From NCBI GenBank assembly GCA_902541215.1, contig CACBPV010000004.1, positions 18,569 through 82,568 of the forward strand: 64,000 bases of DNA. Direction: 5' to 3'. The translations under genes were made by a program, and so were the position numbers. How positions within the stretch are numbered: position 1 is the first letter of the stretch; the number at the start of each line of letters is the position of its first letter. The notes beneath the pieces are model-generated. The model made no database searches. It saw only the letters and a program-made list of their open reading frames with translations, and was not told the origin of the DNA. This DNA is from an uncultured Alphaproteobacteria bacterium. Lineage in GTDB: Bacteria > Pseudomonadota > Alphaproteobacteria > HIMB59 > GCA-002718135. Shown here one piece after another: positions 8,430 through 17,866 of the stretch.

Positions 8430-9931
8430 TTGAAATCTCTTTCATCACCTTTTAAAGGAACGATATCACAAGTTTCTTGATACCATGAAAGCATTTTTTC
8501 TTTAAGTTTTTTAAGTTCTGTTTCATATTGTAGATCATCAATAACATTATTAATTTCTGCAGGATCTTCGATTAAATTATAAAGTTCATCTTTTTCATAA
8601 GCTCTTTTAATATATTTAAATTTTTTATTTCTGCACATTGTTGCTTTTGTATGCATCAAAATTTCATCTTCCTTACCCTGTAGGCTTACTCTAGGATAAT
8701 AAAGACCATGGGGTAGTTGTAGACTTTGGTTTTCACTGGCTTGTCTTTCTAATCTAAGTCTACCACCTTCTGTAAATACTTCTTCTCTATGATTATCTAC
8801 CTTTTGATCAATAAAATTTTTAATACTCTTTCCAAAATGCCAATATGATGGTTCTATATTACTATAGTCATATATTGTACCAGCTACATCAATCAATTCA
8901 ATCATTGTATCACTCACACCATTAAGTGAGTTCTCACTTTTGGGTGGTTTAATTATTAGAGGAACGTTAGTTAAACAATCTTGAAAAGTATTCTGAGTTT
9001 TTTCTACCAGATTATAATCTCCAGTAAAATCACCATGATCTGAAAGGAAAATAATTAAGGTATTATCATACATATTATTTTGTTTTAATTTATTTACTAA
9101 AAGACCAAATTGGTAATCAACTCTTGCACACATGCCAAGATAAACAGCTCTTAATTCATTCCAACGATCATCGGTCCAATTTTGCATTTGTTGACCATCC
9201 ATTATTCCTTTAAGGAGACTTGGTTTGTCCTCCCATGTTTTGTATTGATATCTTTCAGGAATTAAATTTCTGTCTATAGATGAGAACCATGGATCTTCAA
9301 CACAGTAAGGCGGATGAGGATATCCAAGTGGTAAAAATAAACAGAATGGTTTTTCTTTTTTATAATCTTCAATAAAATCTAATGCTCCATAAACCATGGA
9401 CCAATCATCATCGAAATAAATGTCTTTATCTTTTTTATCTAATTTTCCTTTAAAGAAACTATAATAATTATCTCCATCTTTAGGACCTCTCCATGATAGA
9501 TCTCCACCATGTGTGCCCGGCTGTTGAGTATAACCCCATTTTTGAAAATCTCTATTAGTTGGTTCAAAATAAATATCACAATGATTACGATATCCTTCTT
9601 GACCTGCTATCAAATCATTTTTTCCACCCCACCAAATAAAGTAATCTTTATCTTTTAGTTCTGATAAAATACTGGCGTCCCCTTGATCAGTATGTAGCAT
9701 GTAATGCATTGTTCTATGTCCGTGAACATGAGGATACCAACCAGTCATAAATGAGCAACGACTTGGAGTACAAACTGTAGCTTGGCAGAATGCATTCTTA
9801 AATGCAATTGCATCATTATTTATAATATTATCTAAGTTTGGTGTTTTAGCTCCAGGATAACCAAGATATCCTAGCATATCCCCTCTCCACTGATCTGGAT
9901 TAAAGATTAAAATATTAGGTTTCTTTTGCAT
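8426..9931 (-). CDS. Cys-type sulfatase, no signal peptide
   Basis: N-terminus is MQKKPNILIFNPDQWRGD. C-x-P-x-R motif sits in CQATVCTPSRCSFMTGWYPHVHGHR. LSDHGDF is present. Its stop codon overlaps the PhyH stop (shared TTAA). Confidence 0.9.
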   Translation of the reverse strand: MQKKPNILIFNPDQWRGDMLGYLGYPGAKTPNLDNIINNDAIAFKNAFCQATVCTPSRCSFMTGWYPHVHGHRTMHYMLHTDQGDASILSELKDKDYFIWWGGKNDLIAGQEGYRNHCDIYFEPTNRDFQKWGYTQQPGTHGGDLSWRGPKDGDNYYSFFKGKLDKKDKDIYFDDDWSMVYGALDFIEDYKKEKPFCLFLPLGYPHPPYCVEDPWFSSIDRNLIPERYQYKTWEDKPSLLKGIMDGQQMQNWTDDRWNELRAVYLGMCARVDYQFGLLVNKLKQNNMYDNTLIIFLSDHGDFTGDYNLVEKTQNTFQDCLTNVPLIIKPPKSENSLNGVSDTMIELIDVAGTIYDYSNIEPSYWHFGKSIKNFIDQKVDNHREEVFTEGGRLRLERQASENQSLQLPHGLYYPRVSLQGKEDEILMHTKATMCRNKKFKYIKRAYEKDELYNLIEDPAEINNVIDDLQYETELKKLKEKMLSWYQETCDIVPLKGDERDFN

Positions 9932-10011
9932 TTTTAGAGTTAATTTTTATATGTTTTTTATCTAAAAAAAAGACAAATTGAATTACATAAAAATTCATAT
10001 ACAAAAAGATA

Positions 10012-11169
10012 ATGAAAGTTGGTGTAATAGGTTGTGGAAATATAGCAGATATATATTTCCACAATGCAAAAAATTTTTTTAATAATTTTGAAATTATTGC
10101 TTGTGCAGATTTAAATCCTGATGCATCAAAGAAATATTCTGAAAAATATAGTATCAAAAATTTATCCGTTGAAGAATTACTATCTAATGAAGATATTCAA
10201 TTGGTTATAAATCTAACCATTCCAAATGCTCATTTTGAAGTTTCAAAATCAATTTTAAATTCAGGTAAGCACTCTTATTCTGAAAAACCTATTTCTATTG
10301 AATTTGACGAAGGAAAAGAGTTATTAAATTTAGCTAAATCAAAAAATCTATATGTAGGTAGTGCCCCAGATACTTTTTTAGGTGCTGGAATACAAAAATC
10401 AAAGCAAATCATTGAGGATGGTACAATTGGGGAAATAGTTTTAGGCAGTATTTCAATGGGTGTAGCGGGACATGAAATTTGGCATCCAAATCCCGACTTT
10501 TATTACAAATATGGCGGAGGTCCAATTTTAGATATGGGTCCATATTATTTTTCAGCATTAGTAAATTTATTAGGGCCCGTCAAAAGTGTCTATAGTCAAT
10601 CTCGTACAGTTTACTCTCAAAGAGAAATTGGGAGTGGAGAGAGAAAGGGTGAAAAAATAGTGGTTGATATTCCAACAACTTTGATCTCTCAAATTGAATT
10701 TAGTAATGGAGCGTTAATTGATTCTTTTTTTTCATTTGATGTTTACAAACATAATAAGTCTCATATTGAATTATTTGGAACAAAAGGTGCTATTAATGTT
10801 CCTGATCCTAACATGTTTGGTGGAGAAATTAAAATTTGTGATGAAAAGAAATCAGATTGGAAAACTATTAAAACAGATGACATGAATCTAGGACGATTAA
10901 ATACAAATCGGACAGGTGGAGAAAAAAATGACAAAGCAAACGAAGATCCTACATCTGCTAACTTTAGAGGAATTGGCGTTTGTGAAATGATTGATTCAAT
11001 TAAAGAAAATAAAGTTAATAGATGTAGTGGTGAGTTAAGTCTACACGTTTTGGAGATAATGCAATCAATTCTTAAATCTGCTAAAATTGATGAAAAAGTA
11101 AATTTAGAAAGTGTAACAAACATTCCTCAATCTTTTTTAGATACAGAGAATGGGAAATTTTTAAAATAA
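10012..11169 (+). CDS. Gfo/Idh/MocA-family NAD(P)-dependent oxidoreductase (ThuB-like position)
   Basis: N-terminal Rossmann MKVGVIGCGNIADIYF and the EKP motif (YSEKPIS). 385 aa. Confidence 0.85.
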   Translation: MKVGVIGCGNIADIYFHNAKNFFNNFEIIACADLNPDASKKYSEKYSIKNLSVEELLSNEDIQLVINLTIPNAHFEVSKSILNSGKHSYSEKPISIEFDEGKELLNLAKSKNLYVGSAPDTFLGAGIQKSKQIIEDGTIGEIVLGSISMGVAGHEIWHPNPDFYYKYGGGPILDMGPYYFSALVNLLGPVKSVYSQSRTVYSQREIGSGERKGEKIVVDIPTTLISQIEFSNGALIDSFFSFDVYKHNKSHIELFGTKGAINVPDPNMFGGEIKICDEKKSDWKTIKTDDMNLGRLNTNRTGGEKNDKANEDPTSANFRGIGVCEMIDSIKENKVNRCSGELSLHVLEIMQSILKSAKIDEKVNLESVTNIPQSFLDTENGKFLK

Positions 11170-11180
11170 GGGAGTTGTAA

Positions 11181-11894
11181 ATGAAAAAAGCTTTAATAGT
11201 TTATGGAGGATGGCCTGGACACCAACCAGAAAAATGTAATGAAATTTTAACTGAAATGTTAGAGCCTGATGGTTATGAGATAAGATCTGAGTATTCAACT
11301 TCTGCATTTGCCCAAGATTATGTTCATGAAATGGACTTAATTATACCAATAGTAACGATGGCTTTTCATCATTCACCTAGTGGTGAAATTAAAAAGAACG
11401 AAGTGAATAATGTTGTAAAGGCAGTTATAAATGGTTGTGGTCTTGCTGGGCATCATGGAGGAATGTGTGATGCTTTTAGACAATCAATTGATTGGCAATT
11501 CTTAACTGGTGGTCAATGGGTAAGTCATCCTAATGGTATTCATGATTATAAAGTTAATATAACTAAAAAAGATGATCCAATAATGGATGGTGTTGAGGAT
11601 TTTGATTATCATTCTGAACAGTATTACATGCATGTAGATCCTATGAACGAAGTTCTTGCAACAACTACATTCCAAGGTCACGAAATCTGGAAATTAGAAC
11701 AAGAACCTGGAAAGCCTGGAGATGACCAATATCAAACTGAATGGATAAAAGGTGTAGAAATGCCAGTTGTATGGAAAAGAAAAATTGGAAAAGGTAAAAT
11801 TTTTTACACATCTCTTGGTCATTTTGCTCATGAACTAAACCATCCTGAAATGAGAAAAATTTATCATCGTGGTTTGCTTTGGGCATCAAGATAG
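11181..11894 (+). CDS. ThuA-domain protein (trehalose-utilisation-like, class I GATase-like fold)
   Basis: MKKALIVYGGWPGHQPEKC at the N-terminus and …IFYTSLGH… near the C-terminus are typical of ThuA-like proteins. Lies 11 nt after the Gfo/Idh/MocA gene. Confidence 0.7.
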   Translation: MKKALIVYGGWPGHQPEKCNEILTEMLEPDGYEIRSEYSTSAFAQDYVHEMDLIIPIVTMAFHHSPSGEIKKNEVNNVVKAVINGCGLAGHHGGMCDAFRQSIDWQFLTGGQWVSHPNGIHDYKVNITKKDDPIMDGVEDFDYHSEQYYMHVDPMNEVLATTTFQGHEIWKLEQEPGKPGDDQYQTEWIKGVEMPVVWKRKIGKGKIFYTSLGHFAHELNHPEMRKIYHRGLLWASR

Positions 11895-11918
11895 AGTAAA
11901 ATAATCAACGGAGAAGAT

Positions 11919-13232
11919 ATGACAAATTATTTCAAAAATATTCCTGAAATAAAATATGAAGGAGAAAATTCCTCTAATCCATTAGCATTTAAATTCTACG
12001 ATGAAGATAAAGTTGTTTTAGGCAAGTCTATGAAAGAGCATTTAAGGTTTGCTACTTGCTATTGGCATACATTTACTTGGCCAGGTCTAGATCCGTTTGG
12101 CGGTCAAACATTTGATAGACCTTGGATGCAAGCAGGTGATGAAATGAAAATGGCTGAAATGAAACTTGATGCTGCATTTGATTTTTTTACAAAAATAAAG
12201 ACTCCACTTTTCTGCTTTCACGATAGAGATATTTCACCTGAGGGCTCAAATTATGCTGAAACGCAAAAAAATTTCTTCCACATTATAGATTTAATGGAAC
12301 AAAAAATTAATGACACTGGAATGAAATTATTGTGGGGAACAGCAAATGCTTTTTCTCATAAAAGATATATGAGTGGTGCATCTACCAATCCAGACCCAGA
12401 AGTTTTTGCATATAAAGCTGCACAAGTAAAAGATTGTATGGATGCAACGATGAGATTGGGTGGTCAAAACTATGTTCTTTGGGGTGGAAGAGAAGGATAC
12501 GAAACTATTCTTAATACTGACATGACTAAGGAAACAGCTAATCTTCAAAGATTTCTCGAATTAGTTGTTAATTATAAACACAAGATAGGATTTAAAGGTC
12601 AAATTTTATTGGAACCAAAACCTCATGAACCAACTAAACATCAATATGATTTTGACTCTGCTACTTGCTTAGCGTTTTTACGCAAGGCAGGTTTAGAAAG
12701 TGAGATTAAATTAAATGTTGAAGTTAATCATGCAACTTTATCTGGTCATAATTTTGAACATGAAATTGCTTATGCATCTTCAAACAGTGCCTTAGGAAGT
12801 ATTGATATTAATAGGGGCGATACTTTAATAGGTTGGGATACCGATCAATTCCCAAATAATCCTGCAGACTTAATTATGTCATTTTATTTTATTTTTAAGA
12901 ATGGCGGCTTAGGTCAAGGAGGTATGAACTTTGATGCAAAAATAAGAAGACAATCTATTGATGCTGAAGATTTATTTCATGCTCACATTGGGGGTATGGA
13001 TGTATGTGCAAAAACACTTATCGCTGTAGAAAAATTAATGAATGATAATGTTATTCCTAAGTTTATTGAAAATAGATATGAAGACTGGAATAAAAATTTG
13101 GGACAGTTTATTCATAATAAAGATACTGGATTAGATGATATAAATAAAAAAGTAATCGATGATAATATTGAACCAGAACCTCGTTCAGGAAGACAAGAAT
13201 ATCTGGAAAATATCTTAAATAAATATTTGTAG
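11919..13232 (+). CDS. xylA: Xylose isomerase
   Basis: Class II XylA motifs: FATCYWHTF, FCFHDRD, LWGGREGY, EPKPHEPTKHQYDFD, NVEVNHATLSGH, GWDTDQFP. 437 aa. Confidence 0.92.
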   Translation: MTNYFKNIPEIKYEGENSSNPLAFKFYDEDKVVLGKSMKEHLRFATCYWHTFTWPGLDPFGGQTFDRPWMQAGDEMKMAEMKLDAAFDFFTKIKTPLFCFHDRDISPEGSNYAETQKNFFHIIDLMEQKINDTGMKLLWGTANAFSHKRYMSGASTNPDPEVFAYKAAQVKDCMDATMRLGGQNYVLWGGREGYETILNTDMTKETANLQRFLELVVNYKHKIGFKGQILLEPKPHEPTKHQYDFDSATCLAFLRKAGLESEIKLNVEVNHATLSGHNFEHEIAYASSNSALGSIDINRGDTLIGWDTDQFPNNPADLIMSFYFIFKNGGLGQGGMNFDAKIRRQSIDAEDLFHAHIGGMDVCAKTLIAVEKLMNDNVIPKFIENRYEDWNKNLGQFIHNKDTGLDDINKKVIDDNIEPEPRSGRQEYLENILNKYL

Positions 13233-13274
13233 TTACTAACCATAAGTTTCTATACTAATTGATTTATAAATATT

Positions 13275-14204
13275 ATGAAAATTTATAAATTAGATACAGC
13301 ATCAGATTTTGAAAAATTAAACCTTTGTCTCGCAATAGGTAATTTTGATGGAATACATAAAGGGCACCAAGAAATAATAAATAAAATTAAGGAGATTGCA
13401 TCAAACAATAATTTGTTATCTTCTATAATGAGTTTTAATCCTCATCCTCGTATTTACTTTAATCAAATTAATGAGCCTTTTAATATTTATACTCAAAGTG
13501 ATAAAATAAATTTTCTTGAAAGATTGGGTTTAGATATATTTATAGATTTTTCTTTTGATAACAATCTATCAATATTATCAGCTGATCATTTTGTAACTAA
13601 AATTCTTATTGATAAATTAAATATTAAATACTTAGTTATAGGTACTGACTTTAAGTTTGGAAAAGACAGGAAAGGTAATTTTAAAACATTAGAAAAGTAT
13701 GCTGAAAAAAATAATTTTAATATTCATTTAATTGATCCAATTATGCTTGCTGATAAATCGGATAAATATTCATCTTCAATAATTCGATCACATATAAAAG
13801 ATGGTTATATGGAAGATGTTACTGAATCTTTAGGTAGGCCCTGGCATATGCATGGAACAATAATTGAAGGTGATAAAAGAGCTAGAGAAATCAATTTTCC
13901 GACTGCTAATATGATACCAGATCAACACATATTACCAAAAAGAGGTGTTTACTGTGTGGAAGTGCTATTAGAAGGCAAAAAATACAAAGGTGTTTCAAAT
14001 TTTGGTTTAAGACCAACAGTTGATGGAAGCAAACTCCTTCTAGAGACACATATGTTTAATTTTAGTGAAGAAATATATGGTAAAGAATTGACTGTTGAAT
14101 TCCTTACATTTATTAGATCTGAACAAAAATTTAATAATTTTGAAGAACTAACCAAGCAAATCAACAAAGATATAAATAAAGCTAAAGAATATCATCAATT
14201 ATAA
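13275..14204 (+). CDS. ribF: Bifunctional riboflavin kinase / FAD synthetase
   Basis: GNFDGIHKGHQ nucleotidyltransferase motif. C-terminal riboflavin kinase region with PTANM and the ETHMFNF…YG pattern. Confidence 0.9.
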   Translation: MKIYKLDTASDFEKLNLCLAIGNFDGIHKGHQEIINKIKEIASNNNLLSSIMSFNPHPRIYFNQINEPFNIYTQSDKINFLERLGLDIFIDFSFDNNLSILSADHFVTKILIDKLNIKYLVIGTDFKFGKDRKGNFKTLEKYAEKNNFNIHLIDPIMLADKSDKYSSSIIRSHIKDGYMEDVTESLGRPWHMHGTIIEGDKRAREINFPTANMIPDQHILPKRGVYCVEVLLEGKKYKGVSNFGLRPTVDGSKLLLETHMFNFSEEIYGKELTVEFLTFIRSEQKFNNFEELTKQINKDINKAKEYHQL

Positions 14205-16981
14205 TGGAATATAAAGATACAATTTTTCTTCCCAAAACATCTTTTGAAATGAGAGCTAATCTTCCCTCAAAAGAACCTGCAATAATAGAGGAGTGGGATA
14301 AAGAAAATATTTTTAAAAAGCTAAGAGATAAATCTAAAGGTAGAGAAAAATTTGTTCTTCATGATGGTCCCCCATACGCAAATGGACATATTCATATGGG
14401 AACTGCTCTTAACAAAATTTTAAAAGACGTCATTGTGCGAACACAACAAATGGCAGGTAAAGACTCAATTTATGTACCTGGATGGGATTGTCACGGTTTA
14501 CCAATTGAATGGAAAATAGAAGAAGAATATAGAAAAAAAGGAAAGAACAAGGATGATGTTCCAACTGTTCAATTTAGAAATGAGTGTAGAGAGTTTGCAG
14601 AAAAATGGATTGATATACAAAAAAAAGAGTTTAGGCGACTTGGTGTTGAAGGGGATTGGGAAAATCCATATCTCACAATGTCAAATCAAGCAGAAGCACA
14701 AATTGTTCGAGAGCTCGGAAAATTTCTTCTTGATGAAAGTTTGTATAAAGGAGCAAAACCAGTTCTCTGGTCTGTTGTAGAAAAGACAGCTTTAGCTGAT
14801 GCAGAAGTTGAATATGAAGATCATACGTCTAACACTATATATGTTAAATTTTTAATTAAAAATTCTACCGATAAAGATTTAATTGATTCTAATATCGTTA
14901 TTTGGACAACAACTCCTTGGACTATTCCAGGTAATAGAGCTTTGGCTTATGGAAAAGAATTAGATTATTCACTTATTGTTGTTGAAGAATTAGAAGAAGA
15001 TAGTTTAGTCAAAAAAAATGATAAATTAATATTTGCTTCAGAACTTGTAGAAAGTGTAACTGAAGAAATTGGAATCAAAAAATTTAGTACAAAAAAGAAA
15101 TTTAAAGGAGATAATTTATCTTCTTGCGAATGTGAGCATCCATTTAAAAAATTGGGATATGATTTTATTGTAAAACCATTTCATGGAGACTTTGTAAATT
15201 TAGAACAGGGAACAGGGGTAGTTCATATAGCTCCTGGACACGGAGATGATGACTATGTTTTAGGCATAAAAAACAATGTTGATATTATCCAGACAGTACA
15301 AGATGATGGAAAATATAATCAACACGCTGTTGGTTTTGAAGGTGAACATATTTATAAAGTAGATCATAAAATTGCAGATAAATTAGAAGAATTTTCAAAA
15401 TTATTATTTAAGGGTACTCTTCGTCATAGCTACCCACATTCGTGGAGGTCTAAAGCTCCTCTTATTTATAGAAATACTCCTCAATGGTTCATTTCTATGG
15501 AAAAAAATAATCTAAGAGACATTGCTCTTAAATCAATTGATGAAACTATTTTCTATCCTCCTCAAGGTCAAACAAGGCTTAGATCAATGATTGAAACTAG
15601 ACCAGATTGGTGTGTGTCTAGACAAAGAGTTTGGGGTGTACCTTTACCATTATTTGTAAATAAAAAAACGGGTCAACCTTTAAGAGATGAAAATATTATC
15701 AATAGAATAGCAGACATATATGAAAAAGAAGGAAGCAATACGTGGTTTACCGAAGATCCACAAAGGTTTTTAGGAGATGAATATTCACTTGATGATTATG
15801 AACAGGTTAAAGATGTAGTTGAAGTATGGTTTGATAGTGGTTCTACACATGCTTTTTGTCTAGAACATAGAGAAGATTTGAAATGGCCTGCATCGATGTA
15901 CTTGGAAGGAAGTGATCAACACAGAGGATGGTTTCATTCATCTCTTTTGGAATCTTCTGGCACAAGAGGTAAAGCGCCTTATGAAAGTGTCCTGACACAC
16001 GGGTTTGTTGTTGATGGAAGAGGACGTAAAATGTCTAAATCTTTAGGTAATGTTATTTCTCCTGATGATATTTTAAAAAAATATGGAGTAGATATTTTAA
16101 GATTATGGGTTGTTGCTTCTGATTATTATGATGATCTTAAACTTGATAATGCCATTCTTCAATCACAAGCAGAGTCTTATAGAAGAATAAGAAATACCTT
16201 TCGTTTTTTAATCGGCAATTTAAGTGATTTTACTGAAGAAGAAGCTATTGATGAGAGTGAGTTTCCAGAGTTAGAAAGATATCTTCTACATCGGTTGTGG
16301 GAAGTTGATAAAGTTGTTCAAAAATGTGTATCAACATTTAACTTTCACTTGATGTTTACTACACTACTGAACTTTTGTTCAAGTGATCTTTCAGCTTTTT
16401 ATTTTGATATTAGAAAAGACACAATATATTGTGATAGCAAAGAGTCCGTTCAAAGAAGATCTACTAGAACTCTATTAAATTTAATTTTTAATCATTTAGT
16501 AAGATGGTTTGCCCCATCTATTTCCTTTACTTCTGAAGAAGCCTGGAAAGCTATGGGAAATAAAGAAAGTATACACCTACAAGATTTTTTACAATGTAAA
16601 AATGAATATGAGGATAATCAATTAAATGAAAAATGGAGTTTAATTAAAAATATTAGAAAAGTTGCTACTGGAGCAATTGAAAAAATTAGAGAAGAAAAAA
16701 TTATTCGCTCAAGTCTTGAGGCACACATAGATATTTTTGTTTCTGCAGAAAATTATAAAAAATTAGAGAAAGTAATGTTTGATGAAATTACAATTACTTC
16801 ATCATTTTCTTTGTATGTTATTGACGAAAAATCCAAAGGTTTTTCTATTGAAGATATTTCTGATGTTATCGTAAAAGCTTCAAAGGTAAATGGAGAAAAG
16901 TGTCAAAGATGTTGGAAATATGAGGCAAAGTTAATAAATGATGAAGTTTGTAACAGGTGTAATACTGTAATATTTAAGTGA
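14204..16981 (+). CDS. ileS: Isoleucine--tRNA ligase
   Basis: HIGH-type motif PPYANGHIHMGTA and KMSKS (GRKMSKSLGN). C-terminal Zn-finger cysteines (CQRCW…CNRC). 925 aa. TAATG overlap with ribF. Confidence 0.97.
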   Translation: MEYKDTIFLPKTSFEMRANLPSKEPAIIEEWDKENIFKKLRDKSKGREKFVLHDGPPYANGHIHMGTALNKILKDVIVRTQQMAGKDSIYVPGWDCHGLPIEWKIEEEYRKKGKNKDDVPTVQFRNECREFAEKWIDIQKKEFRRLGVEGDWENPYLTMSNQAEAQIVRELGKFLLDESLYKGAKPVLWSVVEKTALADAEVEYEDHTSNTIYVKFLIKNSTDKDLIDSNIVIWTTTPWTIPGNRALAYGKELDYSLIVVEELEEDSLVKKNDKLIFASELVESVTEEIGIKKFSTKKKFKGDNLSSCECEHPFKKLGYDFIVKPFHGDFVNLEQGTGVVHIAPGHGDDDYVLGIKNNVDIIQTVQDDGKYNQHAVGFEGEHIYKVDHKIADKLEEFSKLLFKGTLRHSYPHSWRSKAPLIYRNTPQWFISMEKNNLRDIALKSIDETIFYPPQGQTRLRSMIETRPDWCVSRQRVWGVPLPLFVNKKTGQPLRDENIINRIADIYEKEGSNTWFTEDPQRFLGDEYSLDDYEQVKDVVEVWFDSGSTHAFCLEHREDLKWPASMYLEGSDQHRGWFHSSLLESSGTRGKAPYESVLTHGFVVDGRGRKMSKSLGNVISPDDILKKYGVDILRLWVVASDYYDDLKLDNAILQSQAESYRRIRNTFRFLIGNLSDFTEEEAIDESEFPELERYLLHRLWEVDKVVQKCVSTFNFHLMFTTLLNFCSSDLSAFYFDIRKDTIYCDSKESVQRRSTRTLLNLIFNHLVRWFAPSISFTSEEAWKAMGNKESIHLQDFLQCKNEYEDNQLNEKWSLIKNIRKVATGAIEKIREEKIIRSSLEAHIDIFVSAENYKKLEKVMFDEITITSSFSLYVIDEKSKGFSIEDISDVIVKASKVNGEKCQRCWKYEAKLINDEVCNRCNTVIFK

Positions 16982-17430
16982 TTAAAACAGCAGTATTCAT
17001 TTTTTTGATTTTATTAGATTTATTAACAAAATTTTTTATTCAGAATAATTTATTTTTAAATCAATCAATACAAATCAATGAATATTTTGATTTAGTTTAT
17101 GTTCAGAACTTTGGTGTTTCTTTTGGTTTATTTTCTGGTTATGTTTCTCATTGGATATTAATACTTATAGCTTTAATAGTTGTTATATTAATTTTTTATT
17201 TACTTATTAAATCAGATAAACAACTTGAAAAACTGGCTTATTTCTTTGTTATAATTGGGGCTTTGTCAAATATTATTGATAGATTGATAAATAGTTATGT
17301 TGTTGATTTTATCTTACTACATTATGAAAATTTTTATTGGCCAGCATTTAATCTAGCAGATATTTATATTACAATTGGAATTATCATGTTAATAATGAGT
17401 TTTTTTATAAAATCAAAAACAGTAAAATGA
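16978..17430 (+). CDS. lspA: Lipoprotein signal peptidase (signal peptidase II)
   Basis: VQNFGVSFGLF, IIDRL and FNLADIYI motifs with four TM segments. GTG start overlaps the ileS stop (GTGA). Confidence 0.85.
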   Translation: MIKTAVFIFLILLDLLTKFFIQNNLFLNQSIQINEYFDLVYVQNFGVSFGLFSGYVSHWILILIALIVVILIFYLLIKSDKQLEKLAYFFVIIGALSNIIDRLINSYVVDFILLHYENFYWPAFNLADIYITIGIIMLIMSFFIKSKTVK

Positions 17431-17858
17431 AAAACGTTATTTTTGTAACAATCATTTCCTCAATTTTTCTATCCTCTTGTAATAGTATAAGAAGTAGTGC
17501 GGGTGTAGAAAGAAAAGTAATAGATGAATACAATGTAGTTGAAAATCCTCCATTAGTAATCCCGCCAAATTTTAATTTACTACCACCTGATCAAATTGAA
17601 TCAAAAGATATTGATGATACCGATAGTGAGCTTGCAAAGGAAATTCTCTTTGGTCTAGATGAAGAAAGTGATGAAACACCTTCTGAAAATTCTGTTATCG
17701 ACAATATTTTAAAAGAAACTGAAGCAGATCAAGTAGATAATAGTATCAGGGAAGATCTTGATGGAAACTCAGAAGATGAGATAAGCCAAGATAATACAGA
17801 TGTTAAAAGTGAAAATATAGAAGAGCCAAAAAAGAAAAAAAGATTTTTCTTCTTTTAA
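17427..17858 (+). CDS. Putative lipoprotein with an acidic tail (DUF3035-like position after lspA)
   Basis: Lipobox in MKNVIFVTIISSIFLSSC/NS. Strongly acidic C-terminal half ending KKKKRFFFF. ATGA overlap with lspA. Confidence 0.6.
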   Translation: MKNVIFVTIISSIFLSSCNSIRSSAGVERKVIDEYNVVENPPLVIPPNFNLLPPDQIESKDIDDTDSELAKEILFGLDEESDETPSENSVIDNILKETEADQVDNSIREDLDGNSEDEISQDNTDVKSENIEEPKKKKRFFFF

Positions 17859-17866
17859 TTTTATAA

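Noticed and set aside
9915-10157. 80-aa minus-strand ORF across the divergent promoter region and the start of the oxidoreductase gene
   Set aside because: It would overlap both the sulfatase N-terminus and the Rossmann-fold start of the + strand gene. Its sequence is Phe/Ile/Lys-rich, typical of an AT-rich spacer translated by chance.
10761-11123. 120-aa minus-strand ORF inside the Gfo/Idh/MocA gene
   Set aside because: It is antisense to a well-supported CDS and its product is low-complexity with no motif.
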